Source: an uncultured Hormoscilla sp. | GTDB lineage: Bacteria > Cyanobacteriota > Cyanobacteriia > Cyanobacteriales > Desertifilaceae | Direction: 5' to 3' | DNA: 64,000 bases | Assembly (NCBI GenBank): GCA_963921275.4 | Contig: OZ001293.3 | Coordinates: 1,568,001 to 1,632,000 of the forward strand | Shown: in pieces, positions 53,026-64,000 of the stretch | Numbering within the stretch: position 1 is the first letter of the stretch | How the letters are laid out: each line of letters opens with the position of its first letter | The notes under the pieces: generated by a model | Told to the model about the DNA's origin: nothing | What the model saw: only the letters and a program-made list of their open reading frames with translations | Databases searched by the model: none | Position numbers and translations under genes: made by a program

Positions 53026-54507
53026 CTATTTCTTGAGCTTATCTACTATTTTACCCACTGTCAGGGAGTACAGTTGCGACAACATATCCGATCGCACCAG
53101 TAAGAACCTTCCGAACCTAAACAATAAGGTGGCGGCGATCGCGGCCCCAACAGGCGGTCCCAATAGGGTAGCGTAATACCGGATAGTTTCTACAGACACT
53201 AGCTTTTCCACAGATCCTAGCTTTTCCACAGACAATTTATCTTCTGTCTGAAGTCGCCCTGCTAGGAAGGAACCTACCGCCCATCCTACTCCCAGATCGG
53301 TAAGCAATTCTTGAAAATTTTTATCCCTCTTCACCTTTTCGACTGCTACGCTACTCTCTGTCGCTTTAATTACTTCTTGCAGCAATTTCATCCCCGTCCA
53401 CATGTTACTCCTATCCTTGATGATTTGCTGCAAATATTTCTCCTTGAACTCGGCGATAAATATATCTAAAAATTCCAGTTCTGTCTCCGCTTCTGCTTTT
53501 AAATTCAGGGCTTTATTTTTCTGTGCGCTCTCTGCGCTCTGATAATTTTTCAGATTGATGTCGATCGCCCCTTTGAGCAAATCCAGCGTTCTCAAGAATT
53601 TTATATAGCGATCGAATGACCCTTGCAGATCGTATAATTTTTCATTGAGTAAGTCTATTTCTCTACGTTTAGCGAGACCTTTTTTTATGTCTGACTCAAC
53701 CTTTTCTATCTGACTAAATTTACTTTTCAGCTCGTGCTTCAGAATGCGATTCTGTCCGTAATTCCAGAGAACTTTGTGGCGAAAGAGAAACAGCCTCATC
53801 CACCCATCATAGAAAAATGCGGCTAGATCCGCTGTTTCTCTATCTGGATAGATGATAATGATGACATGCTGGTTATCTTGGATATCTTGGATCCTTGCCT
53901 CTCTGGTCGCATCCTCTTTTATGACGATGCGATATTTGGAGAGTTCAAAAATATCCGCTCCCATCAACTTTCCTTGTTTTTGCAAGTCGTTTTCCCACCT
54001 TTGGGAGCCCATTAATGCTGCATAGCAAGCTTCCGCCATTTCTGCGGGTGTTTTCTCTGAACCCTGGGGCAACCAACCTGATATCATCCAGGTTTGACCG
54101 ATCGTCGGTTGTTGCCCCAGGAGTCTGTTTTGCTCGATCTCCTCCTTCAATTCGGCGAAGCATTTTGCCCGTTGCGGTGCCGATTTATCGTTAACCGAAC
54201 AGTCTACCACCAATCCATAAGCATCGTTTATGCATACGGGATAATAATATCCTTTGTAGCATTTTGTGGTATCCTCAAACTGTGCCTCTGTTTCCTGCTT
54301 CTGTTCGTCCAGTAGTTGTATATATTCAGCTTCAAATCTATTATCATTTGCAAACAGGTCTTCACCAACATTTGCTGGGAGTTTCTGCTTGAATTTCTCT
54401 CTACTCTGGTTAACTTCCGCTGGCGTATCCCCCAGACCCTCTCTGAGATCGTAGAGAAATAGATCCAGCGTGTGATAGACTATATCACTCATTATGTTGT
54501 CCGTCAA
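53026..54507 (-). CDS. Hypothetical coiled-coil protein with C-terminal TM segments
   Basis: 493-aa ORF; LDLFLYDLREGLG N-terminus; two hydrophobic C-terminal helices. Confidence 0.8.
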   Translation of the reverse strand: MTDNIMSDIVYHTLDLFLYDLREGLGDTPAEVNQSREKFKQKLPANVGEDLFANDNRFEAEYIQLLDEQKQETEAQFEDTTKCYKGYYYPVCINDAYGLVVDCSVNDKSAPQRAKCFAELKEEIEQNRLLGQQPTIGQTWMISGWLPQGSEKTPAEMAEACYAALMGSQRWENDLQKQGKLMGADIFELSKYRIVIKEDATREARIQDIQDNQHVIIIIYPDRETADLAAFFYDGWMRLFLFRHKVLWNYGQNRILKHELKSKFSQIEKVESDIKKGLAKRREIDLLNEKLYDLQGSFDRYIKFLRTLDLLKGAIDINLKNYQSAESAQKNKALNLKAEAETELEFLDIFIAEFKEKYLQQIIKDRSNMWTGMKLLQEVIKATESSVAVEKVKRDKNFQELLTDLGVGWAVGSFLAGRLQTEDKLSVEKLGSVEKLVSVETIRYYATLLGPPVGAAIAATLLFRFGRFLLVRSDMLSQLYSLTVGKIVDKLKK

Positions 54508-54552
54508 TATTATTTACTACGAAGGCAATCTCTCAAGGGATAGAGTACAGGG

Positions 54553-54712
54553 TTATAACATTGCTATCCGATCGCTGTCACCCTAAAGGGTGCGGCTACA
54601 AGAACCAAGCCCGCCTGCGCGGGCTATAATACAAGATTATAACATTGCTATCCGATCGCCGTCACCCTAAAGGGTGCGGCTACAAGAACCAAGCCCGCCT
54701 GCGCGGGCTATA
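54553..54712 (+). repeat. Two tandem ~84-bp REP-like units
   Basis: ttataacattgctatccgatcgc..AGCCCGCCTGCGCGGGCT x2; related inverted copy at ~61351-61397. Confidence 0.8.
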
Positions 54713-54849
54713 GGCTATAGTACAGGGTTATACCATTTTGGAAAAACAATGCTACAATTACTTTAAACATTATTTATTAGTCGGTTTTAACCGACTTCAG
54801 CTATTAGCCGGGGCATTGACGCAGTTGGGTGAAGGTACCGAAGCACAAT

Positions 54850-56776
54850 ATTATCTGGACAAATATTATGAGTCGGGCATGTTGTCTGAGCTGGGTAAGG
54901 AGTTTATAGATGAGAGTATTCAACGTGACCGTCGCGATCGCAATAAAAAAAATCTAGTGGTATTTTTATTTGTATCTTCAGTATCGATATTGGGAATATT
55001 CTCGATTTTCAAAGAGCAAGAAACTCGGAAAATAAACATAAAACTACAGAAGTAAATTGAAAAAACTGAAAAACCGAGAAAAATTGCAGAGATTCGTGCT
55101 GATGCCGCAAGGGTCAAAAATTTACTGAATATAGAGCCAGTAAATGCACTGATTTTAGCAATTAAAACAACTGGCTCAAATCTAGAGATTATCAAGTTAT
55201 CAGAGAAGGAGGAGATTGAGCACCAAGTTCAGTCTAGCTTGCGTGACGCGATACTTAAAGTTAGAGATACTAATCGTTTTCAAGCTCATAAAGCTGTCGT
55301 TAATTCAATAGCATTTAGTCCAAACGGCAAGTATATTGTTACCGGCAGTCATGATAAAACATTATGCTTGTGGGATATGGAGGGAAACCCTATTGGTAAC
55401 TGCTTTCAAGGTCATAAAAACACAGTAAATGCGGTAGCATTTAGCCCAGATAGCAAGTATTTTCAGTGGTAGTTATGACAAGACATTGCGCTTGTGGGAT
55501 TTACAGGGAAACACAATTCGCGTGTTCAAGGGTCATAAAAGTTTTGTTAATTCAGTGGCATTTAGCCCAGATGGAAAATATATTGTTAGTGGCAGTTATG
55601 ATTATAAATTACGCCTGTGGGATTTACAGGGAAACACAAGTTTCGAGTTTCCTTCTGAAGATACAGGTATAGTATACTCAATAGTATACTCAGTAGCGTT
55701 TAGTCCAGATAGTAAGAGTATATTGCCAGTGGCAGTGGCAATAATTTATGGTTGTGGGATCTACAAAGAAATGTAATTCGCAAGTTTGAGGGTCATGACA
55801 AGATAGTATATTCAGTAGCATTCAGTCCAGATGGCAAGTATATTGTCAGTGGCAGTTTTGACAAGACCTTACGTTTGTGGGATATTGAGGGCAGCAAGGA
55901 TACAAAGTGTTGAGAGGTCATGATAGTTATGTATCCTCAGTAGCATTTAGCCCGGACGGCAGATATATTGTCAGTGGTAGTTACGACAAGACTATACGCT
56001 TATGGGATGTCAAGGGAAACTTCATTAGTGAGCTTTTTATTAATCGTGAAAGTTATGTAAGAGCGGTAGCATTTAGCTCCGACAGTAAGTACGTTATTAG
56101 TAGTGATTACGACAAGACATTACGTTTGTGGGATATCGAAAATACATTACCTTTGTGGAATATAAAAATAGATATTATAGACTCGTCTTCTCTTCCTCGT
56201 GAAAGTGATGTTAATGCCGTATAATTTAGCCCAAATGACAAGTATATTGTCACTGGCAGTTACAACAATACCTTACAGTTATGGGATATTAAAGGAAAGT
56301 ATATAGGTAATACTTTTAGAGGTCATAAAGATTCTGTATCCTCAGTAGCATTTAGCCAGGACAGCAAGTATATTGTTAGTGGCAGTGACGACAATACCTT
56401 ACGCTTGTGGGGTATCAATGGTAACTTCATTAAAGAATTTCAGGGTCATAAAGGCGATGTCAATGCAGTAGCATTTAGTCCAAATGACGAGTATATTGTT
56501 AGTGGCAGTGACGACAATACCTTACGCTTGTGGGGTATCAATGGTAACTTCATTAAAGAATTTCAGGGTCATAAAAGTGATGTCAATGCAGTAGCATTTA
56601 GTCCAAAGGGCAAGTATATTGTTAGTGGCAGTGACGACAATACCTTAGGCTTGTGGGATATCAATGGTAACTTGATTAAGAAATTTCAGGATCATGAAAG
56701 TTCTGTTAGTTCAGTAGCGTTTAGCCCGGACGGTCAGTACATTATCAGTGGCAGTTATGACAAGACTTATTGTTAA
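54850..56776 (+). pseudogene. WD40-repeat protein, multiply disrupted and truncated
   Basis: About ten [25 protein letters not shown] repeats with several stops and frameshifts. Confidence 0.9.
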
Positions 56777-56969
56777 TCATCTCGATGACGCTGCCGATAT
56801 TGCGGAGATCGCCAGTAGAGTATTATAAGGTTCTTCCCTGATTACATCAGCAGCAACCAGCTGTTGACAAGGCGCGGCGCAATTTATGAAGCGACAGGCG
56901 ATCGCCCCCTTGCTGCAAGAAACCGGGTTTCTGAGATATCCTCTGGTGTTTACCAAAGGTTGAAAAAAG

Positions 56970-57309
56970 GGCTCTTCGGTACCTAGTTTGCTAAACTATC
57001 AAATAAATCCTCGTAAAATTCAACCACAATTGTTATCCTTGAAGAGTAAACATATTGCTGTACTTGACTTGTAGCGATTTTTATCCTTTACTGAACTTGA
57101 GGACAAATTGAAAATTGAGGTGAAATCATCATGGCTTCAAAAGGACAACTCAAACTACTAACCGATTTTCTTAACATCCCAGATGTTAAAGTTACTCATT
57201 TCATACAGGATCCATCTCTAGGTTTTCGTAACCTAGACAATTTTGAGCTAAGATGTTTGTTATCTTTTCAAGATTAGCAATAGTTTAGCAAACCAAGTAC
57301 CGAAGAGCC
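56970..57309 (+). mobile_element. 340-bp internally deleted ISL3-family element
   Basis: ~30-bp TIRs GGCTCTTCGGTAC..TTTGCTAAACTAT; 8-bp target duplication GAAAAAAG; transposase start MASKGQLKLLTDFLNIPDVKV. Confidence 0.85.
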
Positions 57310-57474
57310 GAAAAAAGAAACCCGGTTTCTGGTCCCTAGTGTAGGCGATCTCGCCTGTTTGAGATGATGATGCGATCGCCAATATAGTAGATGTACGGCA
57401 GAGCGCAGATTATCGGTTCCGACGATCGTGTTATTATCGCCGTGCCCCGGTCCGATGGGGATGGGAATGCCGAT

Positions 57475-57882
57475 GCGATCGCCCGTTTTCGGTGATGGGG
57501 GCGATCGTCCGTTTTCTTCCACGTGGGGCCGGGGCACGGCGATATAAATATTTCGGTTATGGTTGTGATTTTGCCGATGCCGTGTCCCTACATATCTGCG
57601 CGATCGCCCGTTTTCGGTGATGGGGGCGATCGTCCGTTTTCTTCCAGGTGGGGCCGGGGCACGGCGATATAAATATTTCGGTTATGGTTGTGATTTTGCC
57701 GATGCCGTGTCCCTACATATCTGCGCGATCGTCTGTTTTCGGTTATGGATGCGATCGCCCGTTTTCTTCCAGGTGGGGCCGGGGCATGGCGATATAAATA
57801 TTTCGGTTATGGTTGTGATTTTGCCGATGTTGTGCCCCTACAGATCTGCGCGATCGTCTGTTTTCGGTTATGGATGCGATCG
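57475..57882 (+). repeat. Three tandem 125-bp units bounded by HIP1-like sites
   Basis: Unit starts at 57475, 57600 and 57725, partial at 57850. Confidence 0.85.
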
Positions 57883-58020
57883 CCCCCTTGCTGCCAGAAA
57901 CCGGGTTTCTGCGATCGCCTGTTTGTCGCAAGAAACCGGGTTTCTACAATAACCTTTGATCTTTGCCCAAGATTGAAAAAAGAAACCCGGTTTCTGTACC
58001 CACCGGATGGGCGATCTCGG

Positions 58021-58442
58021 TCAAGGAAACTTTTGAAATCCCATACTTGCGCAAAACGAGCATCGCCAGTTAGCACCATCTCAATTTCCAATTCTTTTAT
58101 TACCACCATTGAAGTCAAGTCCGTAAATGAAATCTGAGGAATATCCAAGAAACTTAACCCGGAGAGATTGTGTCTGATAAAATTGTTCTGGGGTAATCCA
58201 AATTACATTAAAATTATCTGCCGTCAATCCCTCCATTAGCAATTCCATAGAACGTTTTGCTAGTTCTGGATATAAACGCTTAAAAAACAGCGTAAAAGTT
58301 TCATTTAAGAAATAATCAGTCGTGTAAATCACCCCCTTTTGAGAACGAAATCTATTATAAAATTCTACAACCTGCTGATGCTGTGCTTCTCTTCTATCAT
58401 GTAGATTTAACCATCCCCGTCTACAAAAAGTTTAGGTTTCAT
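58021..58442 (-). pseudogene. Frameshifted PIN-domain toxin
   Basis: MKPKLFVD..IYTTDYFLNETFT..ISFTDLTSM..LTGDARF across frames. Confidence 0.8.
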
Positions 58443-58683
58443 AAATTTCTGCATCAATATTTTGAGCTAGAGAACCCCGTGCAACCGCCCCAATAAACTC
58501 CGATAGCGGATCTCGATCGGCAACGCTGCGATCGAGATTCTCATCTACTTGAGACTGGTAAAAACTCTGATTCTGAGAGGATAGCAAATCATTGACGAAT
58601 TGTAAAACTTCTGGCAGTCGTGTCTCGGGCAATTTGTCAATGCCCCTGAGCAATTCCTGTTTTATGCTGTCTATAGCTCTCAT
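58432..58683 (-). CDS. DUF2281-like antitoxin
   Basis: IDKLPETRLPEVLQFV..DPLSEFIGAV..IDAEIY; overlaps the PIN start. Confidence 0.7.
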   Translation of the reverse strand: MRAIDSIKQELLRGIDKLPETRLPEVLQFVNDLLSSQNQSFYQSQVDENLDRSVADRDPLSEFIGAVARGSLAQNIDAEIYET

Positions 58684-59063
58684 ATATTCTCCTGCGATCG
58701 GGCTTCTACAGTTTCCTGATTTTCGACTAGGAACATTATAACATAACCCCCTCGAAGATCGGGAGGATGCGTCTGATATTGGTAAGGGGATGCGATCGTC
58801 TGTTGTTTTCGGTTATTGATGCCATCGCCCCCTTGCAGCAAGAAACTGGGTTAGAGGGATATCAAGAAGGTTTTTACCCGAGTTGGGGTTGGGTTTCGTT
58901 CGGAAACCCAACCTACGATATACCCGATCGCTGGTCCCACCGTGCGATCTTCCCCTTCTAGCAAGAAACCGGGTTTCTGAGATATCCTTTAATCTTTATC
59001 CAAGGCAATACTGTTCGGTGCCCCGATCGTATTTTACCCTTTCCCCGCCCAGATAGGTTATGA

Positions 59064-59969
59064 TTATTGACCCTGTTGAGCTTCCAGTTCCCGTAAGCGA
59101 GTTTGCAATTCCTGATTTTGGGCTTCCCATTCCTGGAATTTAGCTTCCCATTCCTGGAATTTAGCTTTCAATTCCTGATTTTTAGCTTTCAATTCCTGAT
59201 TTTTAGCTTTCAATTCCTGATTTTGGGCTTTCCATTCCTGAGATTTAGCTTCCCATTTCTGAGATTTTGCTTTCTATTCGGTGGATTTCAGCAACCGTTC
59301 CCCAGTTTCCATATCTTCCAGCAATAAACGACCATCCTGCATACCGATCCATAACCCTAGAGTCTCGCAGGGGATGCGTCCGTCATCGTCTGGAATAATA
59401 GGTTGATAGCGTCCGGCTACTAACCGATAACCCAGCACCTCATCAATTACTTGACCCCGCAGACTGCGGCGATCTATAATTACATATTCACCAATGGAAG
59501 CCTGTTCGTATTGGAGCACTTTAGTTTGCTTGTCTTCCTTGCGGTAACGAGGCGATACCACTTCCAGAACAAAAACTGGTCGCACTCCTTCCGACGCAAC
59601 TACAAAGGTAGAACGATACTCCTGCTTGTTACGGATGCCAAACGCCACGAACAGGTCCGGACAGTGCTTTTTCAAATCGGGATTATCCCATTCGATGGAC
59701 AGGTCCGTGAATACTCCCACTGTTGGGTCTTCCTCATAGCGATCGCGCAACATATCCCGGACATCGCTAGTAACATCAGAGTGAAAACTATTGCTAGGCA
59801 AATAATAACCCTCCTCTGGGTACAAAAACTCCATAGAGGTAAGAGGAACCTGGATATTTTTAATTGTACCATCCCGTTGCACTTCCTCTACATATCGCCA
59901 GCCTGTTAAAGTCAGATATTCCCCCTGTGCGGTTGCTACAGTAGATGATAGTAACCCAGACTTGACCAT
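59064..59969 (-). pseudogene. Uma2 protein with a 21-bp heptad-repeat tail cut by TGG>TAG at 59274
   Basis: HCPDLFV and VLEVVSP; paralogue at 62716 reads KSTEWKAK; frame stays open to 59064. Confidence 0.8.
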
Positions 59970-60420
59970 GAAAACATCCTCCTTACTATCTCTAATTTTT
60001 TCTGGTTCCCTTGTGGCAAGAAACCGGGTTAGAGCTATATGCTAGCAGTCTTTATCCAAGGTTGAACAAAGAAATCCGGTTTCTGGTTCCACCGGATGAA
60101 TGCGATCGTCTGGGCAAAAAACCGGGTTTCTACGATATCCTTTAGCTTTACCCAAGGCGGAAATAAGAAACAAAGGTGATGGTTCCACCAGATGGGCGTG
60201 AGTCCCTTTGACTGGTTAAGGCAAGAAACCGGGTTTCTGGGATATCCTCTGGTCTTTGCTAGGATCGATCGGGCGAAACCCGGTTTCTGGAGCGACGTGA
60301 GCCCCCATCACCGTAGCCAGATAGCGGGTAGGGCGCGATCGCCATCAATAAGGTGCCACGATGTGATGTCTGTCACAATTGTCGTCCCCCAGCCATTGAT
60401 AAGCCAGCCTTTCGTGGCGA

Positions 60421-61149
60421 GGGAGTCTCGGTCAACACCGGTGCCAGCAGGTGGGGCGACTGCAAGCAATAAGGTGACAGACTGCGAGCAATAAGGTGAC
60501 AGACTGCGAGCAATAAGGTGACAGACTGCGAGCAATAAGGTGACAGACTGCGAGCAATAACCTCGCAGCTCGGGAGTCTCGGTCAACACCGGTGCCAGCA
60601 GGTGGCGACTGCGAGCAATAACCTCCCTGCGATCGCCTCGCTGCGCAGCTCGGGAGCCGGTCAACACCGGTGTCAGCAGGTGGAGCGACTGCGAGCAGTA
60701 AGGTGACAGACTGCGAGCAATAAGTAATAGGACAAAATTAATTACACCGTGGGCTTTGACGTAGGGTGGGCACCGCCCACCACGCAGTTAAGCCAACGTT
60801 CCGAATGTGTAAATATTTTTGTCCACCTACTTAAGGTGACAGACTGGGAACAATAAGGTGACAGACTGCGAGCAATAAGGTGACAGACTGCGAGCAGTAA
60901 GGTTACACTCTGCGAGCAATAAGGTGACAGACTGCGAGCAATAACCTCGCAGCTCGGGAGCCAGTCAACACCAGTGCCAGCAGGTGGCGACTGCGAGCAA
61001 TAACCTCCCTGCGATCGCCTCGCTGCGCAGCTCGGGAGCTTGACAACACCGGTGCCAGCAGGTGGAGCGACTGCGAGCAATAAGGTGACAGACTGCGAGC
61101 AATAAGGTGACAGACTGCGAGCAATAAGGTGACAGACTGCGAGCAATAA
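60421..61149 (+). repeat. Higher-order array of 22-bp units with two recurring longer modules
   Basis: About 18 copies of the core GACTGCGAGCAATAA, mostly separated by GGTGACA. Confidence 0.9.
60723..60831. mobile_element. TA-targeting MITE inserted into the 22-bp array
   Basis: TIRs AGTAATAGGACAAAATTAATTACAC / GTGTAAATATTTTTGTCCACCTACT; the TA of a repeat unit is duplicated. Confidence 0.8.
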
Positions 61150-61615
61150 TACCATTTTATTAAAGATATGATATACTTGATAGGCGCGGATTCCCAGGAA
61201 GCAGGAGCCGAGCGAAGACCGTTCCCAGGTAGAACCTGGGAACGAGGGAATGGTCTGAGGATGGTATTACAGACTGCGATCGCCTCCGGTGAGTGCGATG
61301 GGTGTGATCACAAGTAGTTGATAGCCGGGTGCATCTTAGATGCATGTAAATAGCCCGCCTGCGCGGGCTTTGTTCCTGTAGCTGGACCCTTTAGGGTTCG
61401 GGCTGTGTCTCCCGAGGGACACAGAAGGCGAGGCCGAGTAACAACGGGTTTTGACCACACCCAGTGCGATCGCTTGGCAGCATTAAGAAACTCGGTTTTG
61501 TGGAAAAACCGGGTTTTGGGGCTACGATCGCCAGCAACAGAATGTGAATATCCCCGCAGCAAAAGCGAGATACTCCCCAGCTTGCGAGCCACAGATGAGT
61601 TGTGGTAACCGGTGG

Positions 61616-62308
61616 CTATTCCTGAGTCAGAATAGCAGGATAGATAGTTTCCCGCAGGTTTTGGCCAAACTTGACTCGGACTAGCAACCGTTGAGGACCG
61701 CTGATATTTCCGGGGATCAGCACTGTGAGAGTACCGCGACTATTGTCAATGTACTGCTGGATGCGAGTTTCCGGACCGCCCGCTTCCGGTATCAAAAATA
61801 GCCCCTGATCGGTATCGCTTTTGGTTATCTTCAGGTCTGCCCCCGTCACCCGCAGGACGTTACCAGGGGTATAAGCATCCAGATTTTTCGTGGCCATGTT
61901 GCGCACCACATCGATCTGAGGGAGGCGATCGCCAGAAATTCCAGTACGTTTGATGGACAGATTATTATAAAATTCTCGTTGGGCCGTTGCTGCCAGATAG
62001 ACGACCATGCGGGGGTCAAGATCTTCTTTAGTAATAGCTTTTTCGGGGTCTTCAAGGGAACCGCCACTGGTAAGAGAGATGCGGAAGAAATCAAACAGAG
62101 TTTCCGAACCGCGACCGCAGCGGGCGGTTTCGATCAGGATGCGACGCACGGCACTAAAAGTATTCTGGAGGTCGCCTTTAGTAATGGAGGTTGCAGCTTC
62201 TATTTCTGCGATCAGCTCACTCTCGGTGAGGGGAGCACCCAAGTCCGGTCTGGTGGTATAATGGGTGTTACCGACTGATTTTTTTACAATTCTATAGCGG
62301 AAAACCAT
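61616..62308 (-). CDS. HU-like DNA-binding domain plus Ig-like (DUF4469-like) protein
   Basis: LTESELIAEIEAATSITKGDL (HU-like); TPGNVLRVTGADLKI..QGLFL..NSRGTLTVLIP. Confidence 0.7.
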   Translation of the reverse strand: MVFRYRIVKKSVGNTHYTTRPDLGAPLTESELIAEIEAATSITKGDLQNTFSAVRRILIETARCGRGSETLFDFFRISLTSGGSLEDPEKAITKEDLDPRMVVYLAATAQREFYNNLSIKRTGISGDRLPQIDVVRNMATKNLDAYTPGNVLRVTGADLKITKSDTDQGLFLIPEAGGPETRIQQYIDNSRGTLTVLIPGNISGPQRLLVRVKFGQNLRETIYPAILTQE

Positions 62309-62715
62309 AACGTTTACTTCATTTACATCTAGGCTCGCGCACCCAAGGGGGTATCTATTAACTATGCTACCAATTTTGCTCTAGCTTTTGCAGATGGCGA
62401 GCCATTTCTGCTGTCAAGAGTGGCTTTTCTCGTTCCTTGACTCTAGCAATAAAGGTAACTAAAGCTCTGGGGACGGAAGTTTTCGGTCTCCATGTAAGTA
62501 GGTGATAGGAACCCAGACTCATTTTACATCCTCAGTCTCCTTGTAGCGAGAAACCGGGTTTCTGGGATATCAAGAAGGTTTTTACCCAAGGTTGAAAACA
62601 GAAACCCGGTTTCTGTACCCTGGGTTCGCGCGATCTCATCAATTTGGTCTGCCACGGGCGATCGCTTCCTTGTCAATACTGTTGGGTGGCCCGATCGTAT
62701 TCGAGCCCTTAACCC

Positions 62716-63384
62716 TTATGATGATTGACGCCCTTCCCGTTCAGCTTCCAGTTCCCGTAAACGAGCTTCCAATTCCAGGAATTTCGCTTCCAAGTCCAGA
62801 TATTTCGCTTCCCATTTCTGATATTTCGCTTTCCATTCGGTGGATTTCAGCAACCTTTCTCCAGTTTCCATATCTTCCAGCAATAAACGACCATCCTGCA
62901 TACTGATCCACAACCCGATCGTCTCGCAGGAAATGCGTCCGTCATCGTCTGGAATAATAGGTAGATAGCGTTCGGCTACTAACCGATAACCCAGCACCTC
63001 ATCAATTACTTGACCGCGCAGACTGCGGCGATCTATAATTACATATTCACCAATGGAAGCCTGTTCGTATTGGAGCACTTTAGTTTGCTTGTCTTCCTTG
63101 CGGTAACGAGGCGATACCACTTCCAGAACAAAAACTGGTCGCACTCCTTCCGACGCAACTACAAAGGTAGAACGATACTGCTGCTTGTTGCGGATGCCAA
63201 ACGCCACAAACAGGTCTGGACAGTGCTTTTTCAAATCGGGATTATCCCATTCGATGGACAGGTCGGTGAATACTCCCACTGTTGGGTCCCGATCGCAGCG
63301 ATTACTCAACATATCCCGAGCATCCCTTGTAACATCAGAGTGAAAACTATTGCTAGGCAAATTATAACCCTCCTCCGGGTGCAA
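62716..63384 (-). CDS. 3' exon of an intron-interrupted Uma2 protein
   Basis: Close paralogue of 59064-59969 from LHPEEGY onward; intact to the stop; 5' exon lies outside the window. Confidence 0.8.
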   Translation of the reverse strand: MHPEEGYNLPSNSFHSDVTRDARDMLSNRCDRDPTVGVFTDLSIEWDNPDLKKHCPDLFVAFGIRNKQQYRSTFVVASEGVRPVFVLEVVSPRYRKEDKQTKVLQYEQASIGEYVIIDRRSLRGQVIDEVLGYRLVAERYLPIIPDDDGRISCETIGLWISMQDGRLLLEDMETGERLLKSTEWKAKYQKWEAKYLDLEAKFLELEARLRELEAEREGRQSS

Positions 63385-64000
63385 GGATGGGGTCGAGCCG
63401 GGAATCGCTTCCCGACCCTCCCTTGAGGAACCGGACTTGCGATTTTCACCGCATCCGGCTACTGGGTACTAGGCCCTTTTCATAGGTAGACTTAATAGGA
63501 ATTACTTCCGTTAGCCCTTGCCGCCTGTCTTTTCTTCCCTTTCCTGGTTTAGCGAGTGGTTGTTCTGATAACCGTTAGTATCACCATTTTCAAGTCAGTT
63601 TTACCAGTTATCCATACCTTATCCTCCACTTGCGTTTCGGATTAGTTCCGTGGCTTTTTAGGATTACTCATTCCAGCAGCTTCCTAGTATCACCGACCCA
63701 CGTCAGCGCTGGCTACCCAGCATCATCTACATTACTGTAGATGTTATCCCAGGAATTACCCCGGGCATTCGCTTCTTGGGCCATCCCTCCCCCCGTGGCT
63801 TGCGCTTAACATCTAACTTGTCCTGATGGACAGCACACGAGAGGTTACTTCGTTCCCTAACAACATTTCGCGATACCTTTAGGTCCACACTATACCCCGG
63901 GAGCTATTTGAGTACTATATTAGCCAGAGTCTAAAACTAATACTAGCTACCATTTCCTTTTTAGGCCAGCGCATATAGCCTTATTTCGCTGGTTCCTTAT
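63385..64000 (-). mobile_element. ORF-less group II intron (intron 3), copy of intron 2, truncated by the window edge
   Basis: Reads identical to 20357-20972 over all 616 visible nt. Confidence 0.92.

Noticed and set aside
56370..56700. 126-bp near-identical DNA repeats
   Set aside because: Ordinary 42-aa WD40 repeat units.
22386..59276. G>T mutational signature behind the nonsense codons
   Set aside because: Some stops could be GAA>TAA, but others are CAA>TAA or TGG>TAG. The sample is too small and mixed without orthologue alignments.
60421..61149. CRISPR array
   Set aside because: The intervening sequences are 7 bp or recurring modules rather than unique spacers, and no cas genes are visible.
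57617..61155. ORFs called across the 125-bp and 22-bp repeats
   Set aside because: Translation artefacts of non-coding repeats whose unit lengths are not multiples of three.

Overview
Chromosomal segment of a filamentous cyanobacterium. Evidence: abundant HIP1 GCGATCGC sites, the pipX-pipY-sepF-proC cluster and hetZ-patU. Housekeeping blocks (pipX-proC; mlaE-DUF3119-DUF3086-plsY; hetZ-patU; sds, amiC, nhaS3, nitrilase) alternate with heavily eroded accessory DNA. About 20 genes carry stops, frameshifts, deletions or insertions, including both M16 peptidase subunits, murI and darG. Mobile DNA is dense: four group II introns, IS256-, IS982-, ISKra4- and ISL3-type remnants, MITEs and small palindromic inserts. 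Three introns are ORF-less, and two of these read as identical over the visible overlap and appear to end in a non-canonical ...ACCCCATCC. Other notable items: an intact tandem array of six Uma2/DUF820 genes with a mappable unequal-crossover chimaera; darT with a nonsense-broken darG next to tRNA-Leu; an orphan CdiA-CT-like toxin with a candidate immunity gene; a ~1190-codon nuclease-headed defence-like gene; and a higher-order 22-bp repeat array next to an HU/DUF4469 gene. All family assignments come from motif recognition by eye, not from database searches.
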